A DNA stretch of 64,000 nt from Cyanobacteria bacterium P01_F01_bin.150 (GTDB taxonomy: Bacteria; Cyanobacteriota; Cyanobacteriia; CAKZMO01): NCBI GenBank assembly GCA_039189765.1, contig JBCCYL010000003.1, positions 32,001 to 96,000 of the forward strand, written 5' to 3'. Of the stretch, positions 39,575-49,370 are shown in pieces. The translations under genes were made by a program, and so were the position numbers. Positions within the stretch are counted from its first letter, which is position 1. Every line of letters starts with the position of its first letter. The notes beneath the pieces are model-generated. The model had not been told where the DNA came from. It did not search any database and worked only from the letters and a program-made list of their open reading frames with translations.

Positions 39575-40984
39575 ATGCCGATTTCTGATGACTTGCTTAA
39601 CGATTCCGAGGCATTGCTGGTGGAAATATACAGCGCGTTTGAACCGTTTCAGCCGCCACCAAAGGATGCCTATGTGAATTGTGAGGAAGTGCGGGGCGGA
39701 TGGGATATTATCCGTGAGCTGGGCAAAAAGATTACCCTATCGAAAAATCCGACCTGTCAACTTTACAGTGGCCATCGGGGGGTGGGAAAGTCCACAGAGT
39801 TGGGGCGATTAAAGGTTTACCTGGAATCCAAGAAGTATAAAGTTGTGTCCTTTGCTGTGGACGAGGAAGATATTGAACCCCAGGATGCAGAATACGCGGA
39901 TATTCTATTTGCCTGTACGCGAAAGTTGGTGGAAGATGTCAAGCTGGAAAAAGACCGTAATCCCCTGGTGCAGTGGATTGCAAAACGATGGACCGCTTGG
40001 AAAGATTTTGCCCAAACAGATGTTGAATTTGACGGACTGACCATAGAGCAGCAGGTTAGTGCGTTTCGCAAACTATCAGCGACGTTTAAGGCCGTACCCG
40101 ACAAGCGGCGACAGATGCGACAGAACATTAATGCGGAAACTCCATCGCTGGTGGAGGCGCTCAATGAGTTTATTCAAAATGCCAAGGAAGACCTGGCCGC
40201 TGACTATCCCCGTGGCTTGGTGGTAATTGTGGATAATCTGGACAGAATTGCGGAAACCCAGGCCGACAAGGGAGCGCCTAGCAATTATGACGAGATTTTT
40301 ATTAATCGCAGTGAAATGCTGCGAGGGCTGGCGTGCCATGTCATCTACACGGCACCGATTTCGATGATTTATTCGGAACGAGCGACTCAGCTAGAAGACC
40401 GCTTTGATACTCCGGACGTGTTGCCAATGATTACGGTGCGAACGCGGGAGAATCAGGTGAATCCGGCGGGGTTAAGGAAGCTAAAGGAACTGATTACTCG
40501 GCGAGTGCAAACGGTGCATCCAAAGCTGGTGCAGACCCTGGAGGGATCTGTGGACGGTGTTGATATTCCGGCGGTGTTTGATAGCCCCAAGTCAGTGGAA
40601 GACCTCTGCATTATGAGTGGAGGCCATGTGCGGAATCTGGTGCAGCTTGTGCAAAAGGCGATCGAGTGGACGGATGAGCTACCGATTTCGGAAAGGGCGG
40701 TGAGGCGAGCCATTGCCGACGCCAGAGCAACCTACCTAAAAACTATCCAAGAATCACAGTGGACACTGTTGGTCACCGCCTATAAAAAGCGGGACTATAA
40801 GCGCGACCCAGATCATTTACGACTATTGCTTAATCGCTGTCTACTAGAATATCGGGACTATGATGAAATAGTGGGGACTAGCGAAACCTGGTGTAATATT
40901 CATCCCTTGATTGAAGCGATTCCCCAGTTTCAGGCTGCATTAAAGGCGTTGGAGGCAGCGCAAAATGGCCAAAGCTCCAATTGA
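39575..40984 (+). CDS. P-loop ATPase, paralog of 8481..9899
   Basis: PTCQLYSGHRGVGKSTEL, VVIVDNLDRI, CHVIYT, GGHVRNL. Confidence 0.87.
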   Translation: MPISDDLLNDSEALLVEIYSAFEPFQPPPKDAYVNCEEVRGGWDIIRELGKKITLSKNPTCQLYSGHRGVGKSTELGRLKVYLESKKYKVVSFAVDEEDIEPQDAEYADILFACTRKLVEDVKLEKDRNPLVQWIAKRWTAWKDFAQTDVEFDGLTIEQQVSAFRKLSATFKAVPDKRRQMRQNINAETPSLVEALNEFIQNAKEDLAADYPRGLVVIVDNLDRIAETQADKGAPSNYDEIFINRSEMLRGLACHVIYTAPISMIYSERATQLEDRFDTPDVLPMITVRTRENQVNPAGLRKLKELITRRVQTVHPKLVQTLEGSVDGVDIPAVFDSPKSVEDLCIMSGGHVRNLVQLVQKAIEWTDELPISERAVRRAIADARATYLKTIQESQWTLLVTAYKKRDYKRDPDHLRLLLNRCLLEYRDYDEIVGTSETWCNIHPLIEAIPQFQAALKALEAAQNGQSSN

Positions 40985-42098
40985 TGATCAAGCATCTCCC
41001 GATGAAATATACGAGACATTGATCCGATCGCTACGACGGCGGAAAGGGTTTGGGCTGGTGTTTGTTAACTGTACGCCAGTCAGAGGCACTCAGCTAATAG
41101 AGGAAATCCGGCGAGATCTGCCCCAGAAGCAAGTGGGAGTAATGGCGCTAACGGAGCCTGTGGAGACGCTGCGGGATTTAGTCGCAGCCAAGGCGGATAT
41201 TGCAGAACTAAATATTCTGGTCATTACAGGGCTGGAAAAATCCCTGGAAGCCGATATTAAACCAGGTTACGGTGGCAACGGGGATTATTACAACTTGAAT
41301 ACGGTTCCGCCTATCTTGGCCCATCTCAACCAGCAACGGGAAAACTTTCGGGACCGCTTTGACCACCTCTGTTTTGTGTTTTTACTGCCCATCTATGCCA
41401 TAAAGTACATTGTGCGTCGTGCGCCTGATTTTTTTGATTGGGGGACGGGGGTAGTTGAGCTACCTACAGATGAAGAGACTACTGAGCGTAAATCTGGCCA
41501 ACTGTTTGGTGACTACCATCAATATCTAACTTGGACGCAGACAGAGAGGGATCGCCGTATTCTTCAAATTCAAACCTGGCTAGCAGAATGCAAAGATAAT
41601 GCAATCCGCCAGTCAGAACTCTTTTTTGAGCAGGGCAATCTTTTTGCTGCATCACAGCGACTTGAAGAGGCGATCGCATCCTATGACAAAGCCATTGCAT
41701 TCAAACCAGACATGCATAAAGCATGGTCTAATCGGGGGCTTTCGCTGGATGATTTAGGGCGACGAGAAGAGGCGATCGCATCCTATGATAAAGCCATTGC
41801 ATTCAGACCGAACATGCATGAAGCATGGTCCAATCGAGGGGTGTCGCTGGACGATTTAGGGCGACGAGAAGAGGCGATTGTGTCCTATGACAAAGCGCTT
41901 GAATTCAAACCGGACTTTTCAAGTGCAATGTATAACAAAGCTTGTTCTCTCAGCTTAATGGGCGATCGAGATGGGGCATTGGAGTGGTTAAAAAAGGCGA
42001 TCGCTTTGGATGCCAAGTATCGGGAGATGGCAAAGACCGATGAGGATTTTTCAGAGTTGAGGGACGATCCAAGATTTCAGAAACTGGTGCAACTTTAG
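40965..42098 (+). CDS. Degenerate N-terminal domain + TPR repeat protein (ATPase partner)
   Basis: LNQQRENF and APDFFDW motifs; near-identical 34-aa TPRs (EEAIASYDKAI); overlaps the ATPase stop. Confidence 0.85.
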   Translation: MAKAPIDDQASPDEIYETLIRSLRRRKGFGLVFVNCTPVRGTQLIEEIRRDLPQKQVGVMALTEPVETLRDLVAAKADIAELNILVITGLEKSLEADIKPGYGGNGDYYNLNTVPPILAHLNQQRENFRDRFDHLCFVFLLPIYAIKYIVRRAPDFFDWGTGVVELPTDEETTERKSGQLFGDYHQYLTWTQTERDRRILQIQTWLAECKDNAIRQSELFFEQGNLFAASQRLEEAIASYDKAIAFKPDMHKAWSNRGLSLDDLGRREEAIASYDKAIAFRPNMHEAWSNRGVSLDDLGRREEAIVSYDKALEFKPDFSSAMYNKACSLSLMGDRDGALEWLKKAIALDAKYREMAKTDEDFSELRDDPRFQKLVQL

Positions 42099-42143
42099 AT
42101 TTTGGATTGGTTGGTGAGGGGGCGATTGCATCTGCCCCATATT

Positions 42144-42209
42144 CTATATTAGGGAAACCTTGATTTTTCTCAGGTCCTTCTTGAAGTTCGGCTTAAACCT
42201 GATTTTCAT
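42144..42209 (-). pseudogene. Truncated RelE/ParE-like toxin (first 21 aa)
   Basis: MKIRFKPNFKKDLRKIK..* starts in an ATGA overlap with the upstream antitoxin-like gene. Confidence 0.6.
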
Positions 42210-42427
42210 GCTTCTCCCCGAAGAATATTGCGAATGTCGCTTTCATCGACCCATTCTTCATCGTCCCCATCGGCGGCCATACCCTCTTCAATCGCCCGAG
42301 CTAAGCCAACATCCTCCAAAGCCTCCAAGACAATGTCATAAAATACTTCTCGCTTTTGCTGCAATAGCTCCACCAGAATTTCAGTCATTAATTCCTTCGT
42401 TTTGGGGTCATCTAGGCTGATGGTCAT
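42206..42427 (-). CDS. Putative antitoxin (small acidic protein)
   Basis: 73 aa, EALEDVGLARAIEEG..EWV; coupled to a RelE-like remnant. Confidence 0.65.
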   Translation of the reverse strand: MTISLDDPKTKELMTEILVELLQQKREVFYDIVLEALEDVGLARAIEEGMAADGDDEEWVDESDIRNILRGEA

Positions 42428-42549
42428 GTCTCTTTTACATTGATTGTAGTCCTAGTATAGCCACCCTCGTGTAGCCTTGCTTTATGGCAATGGGTTCGCT
42501 TCAATAGGGTCGTCTACAGGGCGATCGCCTCTTCTCATGACCTCGTCAC

Positions 42550-42798
42550 TTACTCGTCAACTTCCTGCAATGCTTTTTCCTGCTCGTCTTCAATCCAGGC
42601 TGTGCTGGGTGCGATTTCTAAGGCCCGGTCAAAATCAGCTAGGGCATCTTCAAAACGCCCCGTAAGATAGGTCGTGTTGCGATCTATCAGAGCATCCCAA
42701 CCCCCTAGAGTTTCCTCAATTTCTTTGATAGTGATATGAATGGTTCGAACAACGTCGGCCTTTGCGTCCTGAGTTCGAACCATTTGCTGATAAATCAA
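42550..42798 (-). pseudogene. TPR gene remnant
   Basis: Single TPR GRFEDALADFDRALEIAP at the C-terminus of a short ORF. Confidence 0.45.
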
Positions 42799-42824
42799 CC
42801 CTTAATGGGCTAATTTCCATACCG

Positions 42825-45800
42825 CTATACAAAATCAGCCTGATCTAGAACCTGGAGAGAAGTATCCTCAAGGCGTAGAAGCTTTTGTCTCCCAAGCTTG
42901 ACGATGACATCATCTTTTTGTTGCTGGAGCGTTAGCTGATTAAAGTTGATATTGACTAAGTCAATTTTGTCACGACCATCACGGAAATCTTTTACCCGAT
43001 CAAAGCCTTGGCCACGACGGATAAGAATGCGATCGCGGCCTCCACCCGTTACGATAATATCGCTGCCTTTGCCGCCATCGAAGCGATCGCTGCCGCCGCC
43101 ACCTTTCAGAGTATCATTCCCACCGCCACCTGTTAGGATATCGTCGCCGCCGCCACCTTTCAGAGTATCATTCCCACTGCCACCTGTTAGGATATCGTCG
43201 CCGCCGCCACCTTTCAGAGTATCATTCCCACCGCCGCCGACTAGGGTATCGTCGCCGCTGCCGCCTTTTAGCGTATCATTCCCACTGCCGCCGATAAGCT
43301 GGTCATTCCCTGACTTGCCGAGCAGAAAATCATTGCCTGCTTTGCCAAGAAGCCGATCGTTTTGCCTACTTCCCACCAGTCGATCGCGACCTTTTCCTCC
43401 GACTTGTTTGGTTGACTTCTCAAGTGTACTGTCAGAACCACCTCCATTATTTCCAGAACCATCGTCATTGGTGCCGCCATTTGGCTGCGCTCCATCCCAT
43501 CTAGGTTCGTCTTCACCTTTATTTTCTATTGCCAAGAGCAGACTGTAGCGCCCTTGGCTACCCACTGCCGCGCCTGAACCGTTCAACGGATCGTAATTTC
43601 GAGCACTGGGACTGTATCCGTTTACCCCAATAAAGTAGTCTTGTCCTGCCGTTACCGAAGCCTGGATAAAGCTGCTGCGGGTGGTGCTGGACTCGTCATC
43701 ATTAAAGGCAATTTCATTGCCGCTGCTGTCAAAGAGCCGCAGCACCGTGTCCGCAGAAAATGATTCATTGGCAAAGGTGCGAATACTTACGGTGCCTGTC
43801 GCAGATGGCTGAAACTGGTACATATCGATGTCTGCGGCACCTATGGTAAAGCTATCATCTGTGCCAATATCACCCTCAATTATTTCGTTCAAATGAATAG
43901 TTGTTACCGCCAGGTTTTCAATTCCGCCATCTGATAGGCTCGATAGCTGGGCAGACGGCAGCAGACGACTACTTAACCGATAATCTCCGGTTGCGCCAGG
44001 GGAGCCACTTCCAGTTAGAAACGGGTCAAAACTACCGTTGCCGTAGCCTGCCACTGCCACATAGTAGTCTGTATCGGCGGCGATCTGGAACTGTATCCTC
44101 GGGTCTAAGGAATCATAATCGTCATTCTCTGCCAGTAGGTTTCCATCACTATCAAAAAGAGACAGGGTCGTATCAACATAATCTGTAATTGATAGGTCTG
44201 TAAACGAGTCTACGTCTACTTCCAGAATTCCAGCTTGAGGAGATCTAATGCGAATAAAATCAACGTCGAGATCGCCCACCTCTTGATCTTGATTCGTTTG
44301 GGGATTGCGATCGCGCCCAATCGTTCCGAACTGGTTATTCAGCGACAACGATGGCTGACTGCGACTGGCCTGATCAATGCTGCCGTCGGTATCTTGGCTG
44401 ATAAAGTCAACCCGTAAATTATATGACCCACCGTCGCCAATATCAGCTCGATTATCTAGATTGGTCGGGTCATAGTTGCTATTGAAAAAATCGGAAACGC
44501 CGATATAGTAAATATCTCCTCGTTCAACTGATGCGCTGATAAAACTATCAGTAGTATGGCCATAAAACAAACGTCGATCCGTTGGGTCGTTAAACACCAA
44601 GCCTGGATAGCGGAAGTCGGTAAATTCGACTGGATTGCCGAAGTAATCAGTGGCTAAATCATCATCACTTTCAACTAATCCACCATCAGTGAAATATAGC
44701 TCGTTCCCGTCTTCATCAAATAACCTCAGATAGGAATCGACATACCCGCTCTCGTAGGGAGTATCAATATCGATAAACAGGGCACCATCGTCGGGAACCA
44801 CTATTTTATATAGGTCAACATCGGATACTCCCACCGGCTCACCGTAATCAAACCCGATCATTCCTTCTTGATCATCGGTAATGATTAGAGGATCGCGACT
44901 ATTCCCTAAACTGATAGGAACGGCTCCGCTGAGTAAACCATTTGGGTCAGGATTCTCTAGACTAAATTCAATGGAATAGTTTCCTGTCGCAGCCGCAACG
45001 CCGCTACCTGCAACATTGGGATTATAGTTGCGGTTGCCATAGCCGCTGACCCCCGCAAAATAGGTTCCCGGATCAAGAAAAACCTCGATTTTGGAAAATA
45101 GCCCTGCTCCATCATCGTCATCAAATGCGATTTCAGTCCCTGACTCATTAAATAGCCTTAAAAGGGTATCAAAGTCATCGGGATTATTTGCCCTGGAGCC
45201 TAGCTCAATCGTAACAAATCCTGGAGACAGTACCTCAAACCGGAAAATATCCACATCCGTATCTCTAACGGGATTGCCGCTGAAGTCAACACCAATAGTG
45301 CCATTCCAAAAATTAACGGGAGAACCATCTAAGGTTGGTCCCGTAATCGCGCCTTCAAAGGTTCCGTTTGGATCGTTGGTTGAGCCGTCACTTGATTGGA
45401 ACCGATTAAAAATTTCTTCAACGGCTTTGTAGATATTTAACCGGGGGTAAACCTCATTGGTATTTGCAACATTGTCGTCCCCAATGCCATCACCATCCGA
45501 GTCTGGCCCATCAAAAATTTCGTCAGCGGTTGAGCGGATAATATCAACGATTTCATCCGGTGACAAATAACGTCCACCAAATTGCTGTGCTGCTTCCTGC
45601 ATCAGGGCAACTGCTCCGGCCACATGGGGAGCGGCCTGACTGGTTCCACCTTGAAGGCCAGTCGTTTGTCCGTCTTTGGGTGGAAGAGTACTATTAATTA
45701 ACGCACCCGGTGCGAAGATGGTTGTTTCCGAAACGAGACGTTGACTAAAGCTAGTGATAAAATCGCTGCCTGTATCGTAGTCAACTGCCCCGCTTCTCCA

Positions 45801-46970
45801 TTGCAGGGAGTTTCTTCCAGATAAAGATAGATAGTCATTTTGCCAGACGGCACCTACGTTAAGCGTGCTGGAAATAGCCGGAAAGGAAATGCCTTGCTTT
45901 TGGTCGCTAAAATAATCATTGCCTGCCGACGACACAATGGTAACGCCAGAGTTTTCAAGCTGTTGGATGAGGTTCTGAATCTCAAGGGCAATGCCCCCTG
46001 AGATTTGAGTTCTTGACGTTAGGAATAGATCGCCACCTCCCAAGGACATATTGACGGCGACAATGTTGTATTCTTGCTGGTTATCTAAAACCCATTGAAG
46101 CGCATCTCGAACCGCTAAGTTAGTCCCTGACCCATTTTCGTCAAGAACCCTTAGGCCAATTAAGTCCACATCAGGGGCCACTCCCAAGTTCTCGTCAGAT
46201 GCGCCTATCGTCCCGGCAACATGGGTTCCATGACCATCAGCGTCATCTGGAATCGTATCTCCGTATACAAAGTCAAACCCTGCAACGTAGTTTGACAACA
46301 GGAGTGGATGGTTCTGAAATAAGCCGGAATCGATAACGGCAACGCTGACGTTGCTGCCGTCAATGCCAGCAAAGCGGGGATCATTACGCAGTTGGGTGAG
46401 GCCAATCAAATCGAAGGCCGGGTTAATGCCAGCGGTGGCTTGCTCAAGCTGGATGAGCTGACCGTCGAGGTTAACGCTGACGCGATCGCTTTCCCGATAA
46501 AGCTGGTCCAGAGCAGACGGAGTAAGCTCAGTCCCTCTCACTAACGCGCTAAAAATAGCCCCCTCATCCCCAGCGGCATCGCTGTAATTTAGGGTTGCAT
46601 CTACAAAGTGCCCTAGTTCTTCGATCCATACATCCATAATGGTGGCTGGGTTATCCAGGTGGTTGAGTAAAAACTCATTGGATAAATAAATTGTGTTGGT
46701 CTCAGCCGAGAATGCGCCGTAGGCTCCGTTGATGTCCCGTGCTGATCGAACCTCAATGTTGGGAAGATTGCTCCCGTCTTGAACCATATCGAGGATGAGC
46801 TGGGAAGCCGCGTTGACGTCAATGCCCTCGCCAAATGCTAGCTTCAGACTGTCTGCAAATTCTGGGCTGTTTTCAAACGACAGAAGCAAATTCTCAATGG
46901 AATTCCACAGGCGAAACAACACTGTATCTATGGAGTTAGTGGCTGTGGAGATTTGGTATGAAATGTTCAT
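42825..46970 (-). CDS. Secreted S8 subtilisin-like peptidase with PPC-like repeats and an RTX tail
   Basis: Triad VIDSG / HGTHVAG / GTSQAAPHVAG; four DTLLRLF..NDD-type domains; GGxGxDxL repeats. Confidence 0.92.
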   Translation of the reverse strand: MNISYQISTATNSIDTVLFRLWNSIENLLLSFENSPEFADSLKLAFGEGIDVNAASQLILDMVQDGSNLPNIEVRSARDINGAYGAFSAETNTIYLSNEFLLNHLDNPATIMDVWIEELGHFVDATLNYSDAAGDEGAIFSALVRGTELTPSALDQLYRESDRVSVNLDGQLIQLEQATAGINPAFDLIGLTQLRNDPRFAGIDGSNVSVAVIDSGLFQNHPLLLSNYVAGFDFVYGDTIPDDADGHGTHVAGTIGASDENLGVAPDVDLIGLRVLDENGSGTNLAVRDALQWVLDNQQEYNIVAVNMSLGGGDLFLTSRTQISGGIALEIQNLIQQLENSGVTIVSSAGNDYFSDQKQGISFPAISSTLNVGAVWQNDYLSLSGRNSLQWRSGAVDYDTGSDFITSFSQRLVSETTIFAPGALINSTLPPKDGQTTGLQGGTSQAAPHVAGAVALMQEAAQQFGGRYLSPDEIVDIIRSTADEIFDGPDSDGDGIGDDNVANTNEVYPRLNIYKAVEEIFNRFQSSDGSTNDPNGTFEGAITGPTLDGSPVNFWNGTIGVDFSGNPVRDTDVDIFRFEVLSPGFVTIELGSRANNPDDFDTLLRLFNESGTEIAFDDDDGAGLFSKIEVFLDPGTYFAGVSGYGNRNYNPNVAGSGVAAATGNYSIEFSLENPDPNGLLSGAVPISLGNSRDPLIITDDQEGMIGFDYGEPVGVSDVDLYKIVVPDDGALFIDIDTPYESGYVDSYLRLFDEDGNELYFTDGGLVESDDDLATDYFGNPVEFTDFRYPGLVFNDPTDRRLFYGHTTDSFISASVERGDIYYIGVSDFFNSNYDPTNLDNRADIGDGGSYNLRVDFISQDTDGSIDQASRSQPSLSLNNQFGTIGRDRNPQTNQDQEVGDLDVDFIRIRSPQAGILEVDVDSFTDLSITDYVDTTLSLFDSDGNLLAENDDYDSLDPRIQFQIAADTDYYVAVAGYGNGSFDPFLTGSGSPGATGDYRLSSRLLPSAQLSSLSDGGIENLAVTTIHLNEIIEGDIGTDDSFTIGAADIDMYQFQPSATGTVSIRTFANESFSADTVLRLFDSSGNEIAFNDDESSTTRSSFIQASVTAGQDYFIGVNGYSPSARNYDPLNGSGAAVGSQGRYSLLLAIENKGEDEPRWDGAQPNGGTNDDGSGNNGGGSDSTLEKSTKQVGGKGRDRLVGSRQNDRLLGKAGNDFLLGKSGNDQLIGGSGNDTLKGGSGDDTLVGGGGNDTLKGGGGDDILTGGSGNDTLKGGGGDDILTGGGGNDTLKGGGGSDRFDGGKGSDIIVTGGGRDRILIRRGQGFDRVKDFRDGRDKIDLVNINFNQLTLQQQKDDVIVKLGRQKLLRLEDTSLQVLDQADFV
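43090..43290. repeat. Near-identical RTX-coding tandem repeats (54-bp period)
   Basis: CCGCCGCCACCTTTCAGAGTATCATTCCCA repeated. Confidence 0.8.
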
Positions 46971-47090
46971 TGGTTGATTTTTGTGGGGGTAGTGTAGATA
47001 CAGAAAACTTAGAAATGAGATGAACTATTAAGGTGATCCTTGAGGCGGAGCCACCAAACGAAGAGATTTGCGTAAAGGAATATACCGCTT

Positions 47091-47173
47091 GCGTAGGATG
47101 GGCAAAATGAACGGGGGCCAATCAGGGATTGGCTTTGATTGGTCCCTTCTAACGTGCTTTTCCGACCCTACGC
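47091..47173. repeat. Degenerate REPIN of the 27237 family
   Basis: GCGTAGGATGGGCAAAATGAACG ... CCCTACGC. Confidence 0.65.
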
Positions 47174-47213
47174 TGGTACTTTATTTTCTGGTAGAACCCT
47201 AAAAAGGACAATG

Positions 47214-49352
47214 CTAAGTAAGCGTGCCAAGATCGCTGACAAGAAGTTCAGAGACCCCTTCTACTACTGCGATGACGTTTCCCTGATAAAGCAGTTGGGT
47301 GTCAAGAGCAGGGGAACCAGAAACTTGAAGCGTTCGAGTCCGATAGTTTGCTTTATCTCCTATGACGCCAATGCGATCGCCTTCCTCTCTTGAAAAGTCA
47401 GTAATGGTGGCAAATCCATCTCCCTGGTAGAAGATATCGCCCAGTTCCGGACTGCTGCCGATGCTGCCAAGATAGAAAATATCGGCTCCAGCTCCACCGG
47501 TCAAAACGTCTCGCTCTGATGTCGGGATTGAAAAGGCAGAAACGTGGCCGCTCAAATAATCGTTACCGTTACCCCCAATTAAGGTATCGTTTCCTCGCCC
47601 CCCTCTCAACTGATCGTTGCCATTGCCACCATTGAGGATGTCATTATCATTCGGATTATCGATGGATGCTACGCTAATATCGTCTCCACTAATTAAGTCA
47701 TTCCCCTCTCCTCCATCTAAGGTGTCATTGCCTAGACCTCCAATTATGAGATCGTCACCAGCTCCACCGTTTGCCTGATCGTCACCGGCCTGTCCGTTGA
47801 TTAAATTGTTTCCTGCGTTACCCGTAATACTATTGTTGAGGCTGTTGCCATAGCCGATGGCGTAGGCTGATGTATCGTTGACAGCAAGTTCATCCAGATA
47901 GCGATCGCCCCTAAAATTAGGCTCACCTAAGGGAAACGACAGTCCCCCAACCATCACGAGATTTTCGATATGATCCGGTAAGCGAATTGCTCCACTACCT
48001 TCAATGGTGTCAATGCCGCCGTTTGCCTCTTCAACAATGCTAGTAGAGGTTAAAAAGCGACTTTCAAGGATAAATGAATTGTTGATGCCATCATCATCAC
48101 TATCTGTAAGAGTGTAGAATGCATTGCTTTGAATAACATAGGTGTCATTCCCGGAACCACCCGTTAAGCTATCGATTCCCGAACCAATTAACCGATCGTT
48201 GCCAGGTCCCCCGAATAGGGTATCTAGACCCAGGCCGCCATCGAGTAAATCATCGCCATCTTCACCATTGAGGCGATCGCTCCCCTCTCCACCCAACAGA
48301 GCGTCTGCTCCGGCACCACCGTTGAGAGTATCATCCCCCCCTTCCCCAGAAAGAATATCGTTGACGGCTGACCCGGTCAGGACATTATTCCCGCTGTTGC
48401 CTTGGCCGATGGCGAGGGCCGAACCAATGATGAAAGTTGCCAGGGTTTGATTGACCGTTGTCAGGTCTTGGATTGCAATCGTGTTGGACTGGACCCCCGA
48501 TAGCGTTAGATTTTCGATATTGTCCGGTAGTCTAAAGGCCACGCTGGTTAAGACGGTGTCGTTGCCGCCCCCGGCGTTTTCAATCAGTGCCCTGGATGTA
48601 GGGGCGGCTGAAAGAATATATTGATCATCCCCCGTCCCCCCGATGGCAGTATCGTTGCCGTCAGTGATACGGAGAATATCATTGCCGTCGCCCCCAGAGA
48701 GACGATCTTGTCCTTTTCCTCCGGATAGGTCATCGTTGCCCGCACCACCGTTGACACGGTCGTTTCCCCCTCCGCCTTGGATGGTGTCGTTGCCTGTACC
48801 GCCGTTGAGTCTGTCATTGCCACCGTTGCCTTTGGTGCGATCGTTGCCTGCATCTCCGTTGACTCTATCGTTACCGCCGCCACCTTTTAGGTTGTCGTTG
48901 CCTGCACCACCATTAACCCTGTCATTGCCACCATTCCCGTTGATGATATCGTTCCCGCGACCACCCTCTAGCGTATCGTTGCCCTGCTTGCCGCTGATTC
49001 TATCGTTGCCACCTCTGCCGGAAATGCGATCGCCCTTTGAGGTGCCTCTAAACGTTTCAGCTGAACTATTGCCTTTTATATTGAGTGCCTTCGTGTTTCT
49101 GTTCGTATTGCGCCCCTGGATAGTGGACGCTGCTCGAGACAATTTAGCACGGCCATTTTGGCGAGTCGTTTGCTGTGTGTTCTGTTGAATAAGCTGGACA
49201 TCCGATAATTCATCTCCTGGTAACGTCACTGCAAGTAAATCAGTGGATTCGGGACCGGGTAAGATTGATGCTTGATGACGTGTCATGGGCTTGTATCTAT
49301 ATTGAGCTTGTTCTGTAATCATGTATTTCTCACCTGTGCATACCCGATGCAC
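47214..49352 (-). CDS. RTX (hemolysin-type calcium-binding) protein
   Basis: Many GGxGNDxL nonapeptides, IENLTL motifs, ATITDF C-terminal domain; start uncertain. Confidence 0.88.
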   Translation of the reverse strand: MHRVCTGEKYMITEQAQYRYKPMTRHQASILPGPESTDLLAVTLPGDELSDVQLIQQNTQQTTRQNGRAKLSRAASTIQGRNTNRNTKALNIKGNSSAETFRGTSKGDRISGRGGNDRISGKQGNDTLEGGRGNDIINGNGGNDRVNGGAGNDNLKGGGGNDRVNGDAGNDRTKGNGGNDRLNGGTGNDTIQGGGGNDRVNGGAGNDDLSGGKGQDRLSGGDGNDILRITDGNDTAIGGTGDDQYILSAAPTSRALIENAGGGNDTVLTSVAFRLPDNIENLTLSGVQSNTIAIQDLTTVNQTLATFIIGSALAIGQGNSGNNVLTGSAVNDILSGEGGDDTLNGGAGADALLGGEGSDRLNGEDGDDLLDGGLGLDTLFGGPGNDRLIGSGIDSLTGGSGNDTYVIQSNAFYTLTDSDDDGINNSFILESRFLTSTSIVEEANGGIDTIEGSGAIRLPDHIENLVMVGGLSFPLGEPNFRGDRYLDELAVNDTSAYAIGYGNSLNNSITGNAGNNLINGQAGDDQANGGAGDDLIIGGLGNDTLDGGEGNDLISGDDISVASIDNPNDNDILNGGNGNDQLRGGRGNDTLIGGNGNDYLSGHVSAFSIPTSERDVLTGGAGADIFYLGSIGSSPELGDIFYQGDGFATITDFSREEGDRIGVIGDKANYRTRTLQVSGSPALDTQLLYQGNVIAVVEGVSELLVSDLGTLT

Positions 49353-49370
49353 AGGCGACAGGATGAAGGG

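Noticed and set aside
41660..41910. Near-identical TPR DNA repeats as a possible DGR template/variable pair
   Set aside because: They are adjacent in-frame 102-bp TPR units, the differences are not adenine-specific, and no reverse transcriptase is present
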